From Macrostomum hystrix (taxonomy: Eukaryota; Animalia; Platyhelminthes), in contig CATNEN010000008.1 in NCBI GenBank assembly GCA_950097015.1, positions 3,224,001 through 3,288,000 of the forward strand: a DNA stretch of 64,000 nucleotides, written 5' to 3'. Below are positions 11,816 through 24,600 of the stretch, in pieces (position 1 is the stretch's first letter; each line of letters begins with the position of its first letter). The notes below the pieces were generated by a model. The model was not told where the DNA came from and did no database searches. It saw only the letters and a program-made list of their open reading frames with translations. The translations under genes and the position numbers were made by a program.

Positions 11816-14800
11816 AGAGTTGTGAAAGGTAGCAGGGAGGTTTGATGAATCGGTGTCGCTATTATCCCAGAGACACCAACGTGAATAGAAAACGGAAAAC
11901 AAAGACACGGGGTTGGCATGCATGCAGCAGACCCGGAGAAGTGTTGCAGTGGAGGCTCTAATCGGGGCTGAACTCCACAGCGGATTAGACTCAGTTGGCC
12001 CTGAGCTGAGACTCCCACAAATTTGAGCAGTTTAAGATTCGAGACAGGCCTGGCCTGAGTAAGTTTGCCTGACGAGATTAATAAAATGGATTGGCGAGTT
12101 GCAAGTGATTGAGAGGGCAGAGGGAGAGAATGGCAAGTGGAACGGGGTTAGGGGCCCGCGCGGATAATGGAAGTGTTTAACACAACACGGCCGAGTCCCC
12201 ATTGCTATGCAAATCAGGTGTCACGGATTCAATTACGTGTGCCAGAGGCGCTGCCCCTCTAAATTGGATTTTTACACTCCACGGAATCTGGGGGTCCGTT
12301 CTCCCACGCCCGCCCCACCGCCAGCAATTCCAGTGATTGGGGAAGACTATTTATACTTGTGTAAGGATCCCAACTAGCGATCCAAGAAATTTTTTCTATA
12401 ATGGCCTGCGACTGATCAGTTTCTGCTCGGGACAGGCATCGAATCCTAGGATGTGGGAACACGCGCATGCACTTCCCAAAGAATTTAGATTTGACTTCAC
12501 ATTGCCAGGCGGTGCATGCCGTCACAGTGCCATGAGGGTTTAGCCCTCTTAAACATCAATTTTCTGGCACAAACCCATTCTAGCGGCTGTCAATATAGGC
12601 CGCATTAGCAGCTGTGCTCAAATTGAGCAGGGAAGCTGTTGTGCGGCCATCTGGCCGATCTTAACACTCCTAGCTAAGGGTGTTGATTTTTTAGCAAATA
12701 ATCCACCTTTTTATAGAAACAGCCCTGCAAAGCATCAATGGACAGGACATCTTCCGTGGGTGTGTTAGCACCAACAATGTGCACCGACTGCTGGCATCTG
12801 GGGAATGACCGAGGACCATTTAACTGCCAGCCTGTTTGCTCAGCGCTGCTCTAACAGCAGCAGATGAAGCTGCTGATCCCAGAAGAGGAAGTTAGAGATA
12901 AGGCTAAAACAGATGGTATCTGACCTGCCCACTGAGTTTCTGCTAAAACTTATTAGCTATAGCACTAAAAGCAAACTAAACTAATGCGAACTATTGGAAT
13001 CGAATAAAAATGGAGTCAGGTGTTTTCGAGTCAACACAGCGGTTTGTGTTAGCCAGTGAATCGGATCGGGGACAGATATGAATAATGATCCCCACTAGCC
13101 GCAGTGCAGCTCCTGGTAATGGATGTGAGCACGGATGCCTGCTCAGTAACGCACAGAGCGCAACGACTCTTGCGGGTCGGATCCTTCGAGGGGCGGAAGT
13201 CTGAAGCCCTGTCACGGCATAAGCACATTTGTTCACCTGTTCCTGATCAGGAAGGCCGGGATCTGCGTGCTTGAGAACATGTGCTCAGGGTTGCCTATAG
13301 TGTTCATACATTTTCAAGCTAGTCGGTTTTTGGCTCGAAAAGAAATAGAGAAATAAAAATACGAGTATATTCTAACGTCCAAATTAAGGAATGGAATGAG
13401 CTCACACAGAGTTGCGCCTCATTGGGTCCTGAGTTGCATGCTCAACTTATTGGAATTCGAAATGAAATTTGATTGAATAACAAAGCTGGACTGTAGACAG
13501 TGTGCTGTCAAAACTGATAATGCCTTAGGTAAACATGAGCATCATTTTATATATAAGTAGAGTTGTGACAGTGAAATAACAAACGCAGATTTCGACCTTG
13601 GTTGCGTCAGTGACGTCAGCGAATACGAACCCATGCAGCGCGTGAGCAGTGATTTCCATGCCTGTCTTGAGGCTTTGATAAGTAGCGAGATGATCGAGAT
13701 ACCCATTTCTTAACTTCTCTTCCCGGTGCCGGAGGAAATCACTCCCGCATAAGATACTCCCTAAAATCCCCCAGTTGAGCGGGGTCAGCGGGCCGTGAGA
13801 CATTCCTGTCACGACTGGGAAGAGCTTCAATTCCTGGCTCTCCGGAATAAATTAATCTTTGCAAACAGAATTCCAATGGATAAACAACTGGCTCATTGTG
13901 GGGCGCGGCAGCGAACAGCGGGCAGGCGGAGACAGCGCCTGAATCACGAGTGGAGGAGCCAGCCCTGCTTTGTCCTCACGTCGTCATTCAGCAGAAGGAG
14001 AAAAGTTTTGATTAAAAAAACTGGTTGCTAAAAAGAAGTTTTCAAGAGACCAATGCCTTCCTCATGATCCCCTGCTGCTGCTGCTGCTGTCTCTCCAGGG
14101 GGGCTTAAGGGTTAAGTTGAGCTAATCATCTACCCATTGCTTAGCAAGCTAACGGGTCTCTCCTTAAATTCCCAGGGCCATTCAAAGCCTATTTTAACAG
14201 CATTCAGTCAGGGTGTATGAGAAAATGAATTTGAATGACTTCATCTTCGTGTGGGCTTGAGTTCACCGATCTTGACACAGATTCCATAATTCCACAATAC
14301 ATTCATGCTTCGCAATAACTTTCCCGCGAAAATTTCAATCAAATAAACTTCCCCAATATTTGACAGTCGCTTAATTGTGAGGCTCTTTTCTGTCAAAAAA
14401 ACTATTTATTAGAAAATCGAGGATCTTAAACTAAACTCAACGGGATCTGCTAAATGAGGCGATAACACAGGCCTAACTCAAATTGATAAGAAGAAGTGTC
14501 GCAGTCGCTGATTTGCATAAGCGAATCTTCCCATCTCGCCCCCCAATGGCTGAGTTCTTTGTGTCGGGGGGCGGGTATCATTGATAGATAGCGGAACCCG
14601 GGTCGAGACCTGAGAACTATCGGTATCTGCCGTGGAGTCTATACTCAGTGGGTGACAAGAGTTAAGTGTGCGGCACGCCACCTGCTCAACAGTTTCCCAT
14701 TGGAGCAGGGCAAGCATGGAATTTCAGCTCAAGACAGCGGGGAAGCCAATTCATAACGGGATCAGAAAGCGATTGCGCCGAACGAAATGGGGATTTTAGT

Positions 14801-17629
14801 TAGCGGCAAAGTGAGCAGAAGAATCTCAACTGGGGATGAGATGTTGATAAAATTTAAGCGATTTACTACTCCTAGGGCCCTGGGAGGGAGCAATGGGATA
14901 AATCAGTGCCGACCAGCCAAGCAGATCATTGTAATGTGAAAACTGCAATTGCGGGCCGGGGAGAGGAGGCGAAGGGAAATGAGTATAAAATCAGCATTTT
15001 CTTTCCCCCAGTCTTATCTCGCTGGCCCCGAAACTCGACTCCATCGACTTTCCATCCTCCTCCCTAACCTTACTCATGGAAGCAAAAAATAAAAGCCCTT
15101 GGGTTGCTCATGTGCTCACCGCGAGCTCAGCTGAGCAGTGAAGCAGGATCACTTCCCATTATCTCCTGCTCCTCCTGTTTCTAATTTACTGCAGCCTCTC
15201 TGAGCAGAGTTTTAAAGCTACTGGAAAATCACATTTGTGATCGTAACTAATCAGGAGTTTTTTGTTTAAGCTGACCTTGCAATTTCTGAAATCTCGATGG
15301 TCAGTTCAGATTTAATAAAATTAGTTGACTTAAAAATGTGGGAATATAAAAATCACGACAGTGATTTCCGTGTGATTCCGAAAAAGTATATTTTTGTCCA
15401 CCATTCTGTTCGTAAAATAGCCACGCACATTGAAAAAAACGCAAGTCGCCAACAACTTTCATAGTTTTCTACTAATAGTAGAGTAATTAATATGAACAAA
15501 TAAAAAACACATTTTTGATTTTTTTGTTTATCATTGCAATTTTTATTACAGTCAATTTTTGTGTTAAGCGAAGGACTCGGAAGGAGTTCAAAAGCTTTAC
15601 AGAAAACTAAACGGTAGAAAAATATTGTTTTTTTGGTTTGTATTACCAAAAACGAATTTATAGTTCATTTAAAAAACGTATACTAAAAGTTCATTTTAAG
15701 CCAGCCTGCTTGCCTACCCTGCCTACCTTTGATTATTCTAGCATTTCTAAAATCGATAACTATAAAATATATTCTAAATGCTATGAATTACTGAGCTAGT
15801 TTATGCTAGAATTTAGCAAAAATGCAAAATATTTTTTTTGCTTTTTTTGAACTTTAATTATATACTGCCTGTATTTTAAGTTGCACTTAATAAATACGCA
15901 ATGCAAGCTGCGCTACTGAGCTACTGGGCAGTAGCGAGACGCGGGATTGCAATCTATATTTGCCAAGGACTTAGCAAACAAAATGGCTATGCCACTCGGC
16001 ACGGGCCGGGGAAGGTAAAGTTTGGTGGCGGGGGTGGGCGCCGGTCGGGCGGAGGGATGGGGCCGGTTAGACAAGACAAACGCGCACGCGAGCAATTTTC
16101 TCCTCTGACCGGCGCGCGCAAGCCCCACCCCACCTTCTCCACAACCCCAACTCCTACACTAGGGAGATAGGGTGGCGCACACACCGCTTTCCTACCCCAA
16201 CCCTAGCTTGCCCCCAGACCTCCCTCTCCTCTCTCCGCTATCAGATGAATGTACATAATACTGCTTCTCCACAACTTAAGGCTGGAATGGGTGGGGCGCT
16301 GCCCTCCTGACCATGGGCTAGGATGGGAGGGGCCAGAGCTTGATTAGCGGAGTAGCATTGGGGTGAGAGCAGCGAGGCGGCTACTCACTTGGAGTTTCAT
16401 GCAATTCTCAGGTCTTGTGTATTAGCGCGTATTGTGTGTATGCCTTCGCTAATTTCTTTCTCTCCGGGGGGTGGCGCCCGAAACTGCGGACAAATCAGAG
16501 AGAAGTAAGGCCTCATTCTATTGGCTGGGCCGGCCTGGAATAGATAGGCAGGTGTCGGGTGCTGGCAAGGCTAAAAGGAAAAGAAAGAAGAGAAGGAGAG
16601 ACAGAACAGATAGAATGAAACACTACCCCACGCCGAGCTCTTAACCACTTCTGGTCTCCCACTGAGTGCGTGCGCCTCTGCAAGATCTATCAACGCCAAC
16701 CCTTTCCTTTCTCGCTCCTTTCTAACCCCCTTGAAGTAAAGAGCAACGCGGCCGGTCCTTCGCTCTAGTCAACCCCCAATCGGCCTGTTCTCTAACCCCA
16801 CAGCCGTTCGCTTGCCGATCCTTGTAGGGGGTCAGGGGGAGGCGGTGGATGCGGGTAGTGGAGGAGGACACACTAAGCATGGAACACTTACTGGAGCTTG
16901 TATGTGTGCTGTCGCATCTGGAGGAGTTGAGGAAGATGGGAGATGGCGGTACTGCCTCCCTCCCCCAGGTCGCCTCCCGACAAAGAAGACAAGAAGAGGG
17001 ATAGAAGAGATGTAGGAGATACAGACGGATGAAAAGGAGACAGGCCGCGGTGTGAGGGGGCTGTGCGAATTTCGGTCGCAGCAGTTTCCCGGAAGCAGAT
17101 CGGTGTGCTGTTGCCCGCGTGTTGTCGACCAGAGTCCGCTGTGCGATGCATTCGAACAAAATTTCCAAACTGCCAATGCACAATTGTTGCTCACACTTGC
17201 GGCTGGCATTTGTTTATGTTGGTACGCGGTTGCTAAGCGACTGCAACACAAAGATGTATTCAAGCTTTGAAACCCTAACTAATTTTAGTGACCGTATTAG
17301 CTTAAGCTTCAACCTGGCAATTTGATTTGAGTATTTTTCTTGTCGCTTGCTGCACCTGTATTGTACCTTTCTGCCATGCAGGCAGCTTGGTCAGTGGACA
17401 AGGATTTTAATGAGACTTATATCAATGCTACCTTCCTGGTTTTGACCTTGATCGATTTGTTATAAATTAACAGTTAGAATATGAAAACTTACATTAGCCA
17501 AACAGCAGAAAAGGTAATGTACTTAAATCCCGATTCCCGAAAAATTAACCACCAAAATGACCATTCAGAAGGCAGTAGGATGCAGAAGGAAGTTGCCTTT
17601 GTCTCTAAAAACGGCGTGACAACTGACCC

Positions 17630-17815
17630 TTGATCGTTCAGTTGTCATCACCAGTCCTCATCATGTCAATGCTTGCAGAAGACGCAGAGTTTGCACGATG
17701 GCTGGACAAGTTGAGCGAGTTCGACTATCAGATTGAGAAAAGGAAAGGAGAAAAGCATTCGAATGCTGATGTACTTCAGCTCAACGGTGAAAGCACGATC
17801 GATGCACGCAGCTAG
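17630..17815 (+). mobile_element. Degraded Ty3/gypsy pol fragment (end of RNase H-like domain)
   Basis: FARWLDKLSEFDYQIEKRKGEKHSNADVL matches the gypsy RW-x-x-x-L-x-EFD-x-x-I-x-x-R-x-G-x-x-N-x-x-AD-x-L motif; no LTRs or other domains recognised. Confidence 0.65.
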
Positions 17816-18548
17816 CGATTTTCCGAACTGCTTGCGCAACAGTTAGCGACCAGACAGAGCTGAGACAGAGCGGCTGAAGCGATCGGCAGCGGCAACTGCT
17901 GTCTGAATGCCAGCGACTGACACTCGTCGACGGACTGCTATATGCCCCCCGGTGGCAATCCGATGACGGCAGTGTCCATTGTCAGCAGCAGATTGTTCCA
18001 GAAAGTCTGCAGCGTGAAGTTTTTGCCGAAGCAACTTGCTGGAACGGGCGGGAAACATGCACAGTGGACCACGTAAGACCCTCGAGAAAATCATGGTGCC
18101 GTTGGCGCCCCTACTGGCACGCGCGTCGGCCCCTTCTGTCGCCGTCCGTGATAGTACACCTGCCGGCGCTCATGAGCATTCACCAGTACATACCCAGTTT
18201 TTACACCCATTAGAGAAGGACTAGTATGATTTTTAGTTTTTCTATTTGAGTAGGTTTCGATTGCGCTGAAAGTGAAAGGCACAGATTGTTTTCGAAGAAG
18301 GAGAGCATTGTAAGACGGTTTATAAGATGGTAGACTTGGATCTAAACATCAAAGCAATGTACATGCGTGTTGAAATGCACAGTCGCTGAAGTGTACATTG
18401 TCAAGTCAATATAAGTGACCCTTCAGTCGTCAGGTGTTGGTCTACCCCCAAAGCCACTCACTCGTTCTCGGCTGGTCTTGTAGTATAAACGACATCCACT
18501 GCAACAGTTTGCTTGGAAAAAGCTTGTAGCATTGATTCACGAAATACT

Positions 18549-19650
18549 TGACTCACTGAAACCTTGACTCACTGAAACCTTGACTCACTGAAACCTTGAC
18601 TCACTGAAACCTTGACTCACTGAAACCTTGATTCACTGAAACATTGACTCACTGAAACATTGACTCACCGAAACCTTGATTCACTGAAACCTTGATTCAC
18701 TGAAACCTTGACTCACTGAAACCTTGATTCACTGAAACATTGACTCACTGAAACCTTGACTCACTGAAACCTTGATTCACTGAAACCTTGACTCACTGAA
18801 ACTTTGATTCACTGAAACCTTGATTCACTGAAACCTTGACTCACTGAAACCTTGATCGAGTCACTGAAACCTTGAGTCACTGATACCTTGATTCACTGAA
18901 ACCTTGACTCACTGAAACCTTGATTCACTGAAACCTTGATTCACTGAAACCTTGATTCACTGAAACATTTATTCACTGAAACCCTGAGTCACTGAAACCT
19001 TGACTCACTGAAACCTTGAGTCACTGATACCTTGATTCACTGAAACCTTGATTCACTGAAACCTTGACTCACTGAAACCTTAATTCACTGAAACCTTGAT
19101 TCACTGAAACCTTGATTCACTGATACCTTGAGTCACTGATACCTTGACTCACTGAAACCTTGATTCACTGATACCTTGATTCACTGATACCTTGAGTCAC
19201 TGATACCTTGAGTCACTGATACCTTGAGTCACTGATACCTTGAGTCACTGAAACCTTGACTCACTGATACCTTGAGTCACTGAAACCTTGAGTCACTGAT
19301 ACCTTGAGTCACTGATACCTTGAGTCACTGATACCTTGATTCACTGAAACCTTGACTCACTGATACCTTGACTCACTGAAACCTTGACTCACTGAAACCT
19401 TGACTCACTGATACCTTGAGTCACTGATACCTTGAGTCACTGAAACCTTGAGTCACTGAAACCTTGAGTCACTGATACATTGAGTCACTGATACCTTGAG
19501 TCACTGAAACCTTGAGTCACTGAAACCTTGAGTCACTGATACCTTGAGTCACTGATACCTTGAGTCACTGAAACCTTGAGTCACTGAAACCTTGAGTCAC
19601 TGAAACCTTGAGTCACTGATACCTTGAGTCACTGATACCTTGAGTCACTG
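18549..19650. repeat. 16-bp tandem satellite (ACTCACTGAAACCTTG / AGTCACTGATACCTTG)n
   Basis: Direct reading; resumes at 20957-21033 on the far side of a LINE insertion. Confidence 0.96.
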
Positions 19651-20956
19651 ATAATAATAATAATAATAATAACGGACGCTGCGGAGGTTAGAAAACTGCA
19701 GCGAACACACGCTGCCGAAAAACGCGGGAGTCAGCCCTGGCAGCAGCCTGAGGGGAGAAGCCAAGACTCTGCAAGTCAGTTAAAAGGCAATCAAGTAGAG
19801 TCACGCGACGGCCCTGTCCACGCCGAAGGCCTTCACTGGGCGGGTTGAGCAGAAGGGTCGCGAGCGGCGGGCCCGCACCCCTCGCATGAGCCCGCAGGCA
19901 GTGGCCGGCCAGCATTTGCCGACGCCTTTGCAGGGAACGAGCGAAGGAGGGCACACGGGCTCTCGCGGTCAGCTCGGCGTTGCTCGCAGTCTCAGGGTAG
20001 CGGATGCCAAGCGCCGACCTCAGCAGGTGTCGGTGAGACGCCTCCAGGGCAGCCTCACGGGTAGGCGTCATCGGCACTGCTTCGAGGCCATATGCAAGGA
20101 CGGATTCGACAGCTGAGCGGAAGAGGCCGATCTTCAGGACGTCGGAGGCAGTAGAGTCAAAGATGGTACGCAGAAGGTGGAGGGCGCGCCAGGCCTGTTG
20201 CTTGCGGAATTCGATGATGGCGTTGGCGTCCAAAATTTGCACACCTAAGTACTTAAAGTCCTGGCAGGTGTTGATGACATTGCCGTCTGGAAGTTGGAGT
20301 GGTGGGGCGGTTGCTGTGCCCATGTGCAGGACCTCCGTCTTGTTGTAGTTAATGTGAAGCCCGACTCTCCTGCCTTCCTCGGCCAGGCGACAGACCGCTC
20401 TCAGGGCTGCGTCAGGGTCGCAGCAGGTCAGGGCGACGTCATCGGCATAGGCGAGGCAGGTCAGGCGGACGCAGGGGAGCCGGGCACTACGCCTGCGGGT
20501 GACCATGAAGCCATCGTCGTCGCGTAGGGCGCGCCTGAGAACGAAGTCCATGACCATCACGAAAAGAAAAGGAGAAAGGGTGTCTCCTTGAAGAACACCA
20601 GAGGTGGTAGCGAACTCGGTCGTGGGCCCGTCTGCAGTCTGAATAAAAGCACTGGAGTCGGTGTAAAGATCCATCACTGCTTGGATGAGCAATTGTGGAA
20701 CGCCGTGTTCTTTGAGCAGCCATGCAATGGCCGGCCTGCTGATGGAATCAAACGCTTTGAGGAAGTCGACGAAAACGATGGATGCCGACATCAGTCGCGT
20801 CCTGCAGGCTTCGACCACGCAGCGGATGGCAGCCACCTGCTCAGAGGTCGAGCGGCCAGGGCGGAAACCACTCTGGAGGTGAAGAAGCCGCTGATTGATA
20901 GTGGGCAGCAGGCGGTTGCGCAGGACGATGTTCAGGACTTTAACCAGCGTGCACTC
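19651..20956 (-). mobile_element. 5'-truncated non-LTR retrotransposon (RTE-like clade) with intact RT C-terminal frame and (TTA)n 3' tail
   Basis: Open frame ...NRLLPTINQRLLHLQSGFRPGRSTSEQV...FVDFLKAFDSI...GVLQGDTLSPFLF...LAYADDVAL...FKYLG; trinucleotide tail at 19651-19672; truncated near the start of RT. Confidence 0.92.
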
Positions 20957-21033
20957 GAGTCACTGATACCTTGAGTCACTGAAACCTTGAGTCACTGAAA
21001 CCTTGAGTCACTGATACATTGAGTCACTGATAC
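20957..21033. repeat. Continuation of the 16-bp satellite
   Basis: GAGTCACTGATACCTT units directly after the LINE 5' junction. Confidence 0.9.
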
Positions 21034-21617
21034 ATAGACTCGGATTCCTTTTAGAGTGAGGTCCGGAGTTCGATGAGTTAGGTGTCAATCGTATTGTAAT
21101 TTTTCTTTGATACAGAAATGAACAAAGACTTTAAAAATAGTTTTAAACGCGTTAGTTGGTCCTGTCACAAATAATTTTTAATTCATACATAGTATTCACG
21201 CTATTAATGAATAAACTAGTGTATTTATTAGTGGTACTATAATGAACATGACACGGCATAGGTATTATTGAATCATAGTCGCACACACACAGTGAGTTGT
21301 CAGTTGCTGCCGGCACGAACGGATAGCAACAACCAGAGGGTCTGGGCAGGCAGCAACAGGAAAATTTGTGCACTTTTGAAAGACACGCAGCTCGGCAGGG
21401 GGACTTAAAATAGTTACTGGGGGGCAAATCGAAGTACAGGTCATGCAGCAAAAAATGAGCTACTTTTGCAGTTCCGTTGTGCCAAATAGACAATTTCAGT
21501 TGCTGGAAGTTTGAACACAAAAGGTGTCATAGTTAGAAGTTGGGCCATCTCCAGATGGAAAACAACTTACTGAGGCAGAATTGTACTCTTGCGTGAATGC
21601 CAGTCTAAAGACACTTG

Positions 21618-24600
21618 TCACATGCCGTTGACTTTGCTCAGCTGTGCCAACAGGCCTTCAATCTTTTTCTCCGCTCTGCAATTCTTCTCTACCAGCAGCT
21701 GGCGCCTCTGCTCCTGGCCGAGGAGGCTGCGCTCCCAGCGCTCAGCCTCCTGCATCAGCGACTTATTCTCCATCTCGGCCGCGGATACGCTGTCCGGCGG
21801 TGAGGCTTCGGCTCCGTCTGCGGGAGAGTGTTGACGATCGATTCTCATCAGCTACCTATCAGAAGTGACCAAAGAATAGCTACCAGCCAATGAGAATTAA
21901 TCGATTCTTGTCAGCCAATCAGAAGGGACTAAAAAGTAGCTACCCGCCAATAAGAATCAATTGATTCTCATCAGCCAATCAGAAGCGACCAACGAGTAGC
22001 TACAAGCCGATAAGAATCAATTGATTCTTGACAGCAAAGCAGAAGTAACTGAAGAGTACCTACCAGCCATTAAAAAGCAATCGATTCTTCTTAGCAAATC
22101 AAAAGTGATTAAAAAGTAGCTACCAGCCAATAAGAATCAATCGATTCTTGTCAGCCAATCAGAAGGGACTAAAAAGTAGCTACCCGCCAATAAGAATCAA
22201 TTGATTCTTATCAGCCAATCAGAAGCGACCAACGAGTAGCTACAAGCCGATAAGAATCAATTGATTCTTGTCAGCAAAGCAGAAGTGCCTGAAGAGTAGC
22301 TACCAGCCATTAAGAATCAATCTATTCTACTTAGCCGGTCAGAAGTCATTCACTGTTTCAGCCAATAAGTATCAATTAAAAAATAGTTGTCAGCCAATCA
22401 GAAGTGGTCAAACTTTTCCAGCCAATCAGTTCACAATCAATTCTAGCCAACCAATCAAAGTTTCCCAGCCAATAGGAACAAAGATAGTATCGTGAGCTAA
22501 TAAGGTTCAGAAAATTCTGACACAACTAATAAAATTTATTAAACTGAGACTGTAAAAAATATTTTTTTCGATTTCAGCCAATCAGAATCAAACAGTTAAT
22601 GAGCAAGGGTTATACTTACCAATCGCAGAAGTTGTGGTATTGTAATCAGCGTCTGAGGATTGTTTTCCAGGCGGCGGTGCAGAAGAAGCGGAAATAGCTG
22701 TTGTAGCATCAGCATCAGCAGCAGCAGGAGCAGCGGTCTCAGACACCGCAGGAGGCAGGCCGATGGCGTGAGAAGCTCGAGAGTCTCGCCGACAATGGCA
22801 GGCGGAGCAGAAGTTAACAGTCTGGCGGTGGGGGACAGTCGGGATGACGCGAAGGCAGCCGGCGCAGCAGAAGCGACAGTCAGGGTCTCCGTCAGCATCG
22901 TCCGACTAGCGGGAAAATAGGTACAGAAATGAATAACAACTGTAATGTTTGCCTGAGGGCTGTGATCACTGCCGCATCATTTGGTGACAAATGACAACTT
23001 TGCCCATTCCGCTGATTACAGAGCATACGCTCACGAAACTCAAGAACACGGGCCAAATTTCTGTTGCGCATCTTCTGAAACAATAATCAATATTGGGCTA
23101 CACACAACTTCTACTTTTTGAAGGTCCAGCAGCTCCGTCTAGGTAAAGGTCGGTGACCACATCGAAGATGATGCAGGCACATTCGGGTGACATGCTGATA
23201 AAGTTTGAAGGCCTATAGCAAAGGCCGCACTGAGGCGCAGTGCCAACTCTTGCATAGGGGTGTGTGAAATACACAGGCTCTTATGGAAAAAAATCTGACC
23301 TTCGGCCAGAACCGTTGAATATCTCGACGGTCTGAAGAGCTGACGACTTAATTATTGTTTACGAAGATTCGCAACAAATAGTTGGCCCGTATTATAAAGT
23401 TTCGTTTGCATGCGTTGCTCCGTTCGGCTGTGCCCCTGGTGGTACCAGCTACAACAGGCCCAAAAGCCGTTCGGCTGTGCCCCTGGTGGTACCAGCTACA
23501 ACAGGCCCAAAAGTTGAAACTTACCTGCAGCCGACAGTCGGAGTTCAACGCTGCGAGCTTGTCGCCCGATGTAGCCGCAGCTGCCAAAGTCGTCGCTAAT
23601 TTCAACTCACTGCGACCGCGACGCGACGATCTTGTAAGAATGCCCGGCTTGGCTGCGGAACTGGTGGACTCCGCTTTGGCTGCCGCTGCCGCTGCTGCTG
23701 CTGCCGAGGCTGCCGCAGCGGTTCTGAATCGCTTGCATCCAACGGCGGGCGCATTGGGATCAGCTGACTGGCCCAGTAGCAGTTGGTAATCCGCGTTCAC
23801 GAGCTGCGGACGGCGCTTCCGATGCGGTCCCTTCGACTCGACGATGTCTGGCCGCGGGTGGGTCGAGTTTAGAACTTTCAGTGAAATCAAATCAGAAATT
23901 CAGTAAGCTCCATTCCGGAAATCTGCAAGCTGGATTCCTGAAATCTACAAGCTGGATTGCTGAAATCTACAAGCTGGATTGCTGAATTCTACAAGCTGGA
24001 TTGCTGAAATCTACAAGCTGGATTGCTGAAATCTACAAGCTGGATTCCTGAAATCTGCAAGCTGGATTGCTGAAATCTACAAGCTGGATTCCTGAAATCT
24101 ACAAGTTGGATTCCTGAAATCTGCAAGCTGGATTCCTGAAATCTACAAGCTGGATTCCTGAAATCTGCAAGCTGGATTCCTGAAATCTACAAGTTGGATT
24201 CCTAAAATCTACAAGTTGGATTCCTGAAATCTACAAGTTGGATTCCTAAAATCTACAAGTTGGATTCCTGAAATCTACAAGCTGGATTCCTGAAATCTAC
24301 AAGTTGGATTCCTGAAATCTACAAGTTGGATTAGTTGAAAACTTTTCCTATAATTATTTCAGCACCTATAATTATCAAGTTTAAGAACTTGGGATCCTAG
24401 ATTAGGCAATTTCGAGACTTGTAATACAACCTTTAAAACCAGTATGAGGCATGACAAGAGCTACACAAATTGTATAATTATAACAATAAGCTTATCTGAT
24501 GTTGTAACTGCGCCACTAAAGCAAAGAAACGGTTTAAACAAAAATTGCTCATTGACCCACTTTCTGGACAATGAATATTGTTCAGCTTGTTCAACAGAAA

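Noticed and set aside
9287-12018. 878/881-aa and Arg-rich ORFs
   Set aside because: Translation of a 24-bp (in-frame) minisatellite; open on both strands.
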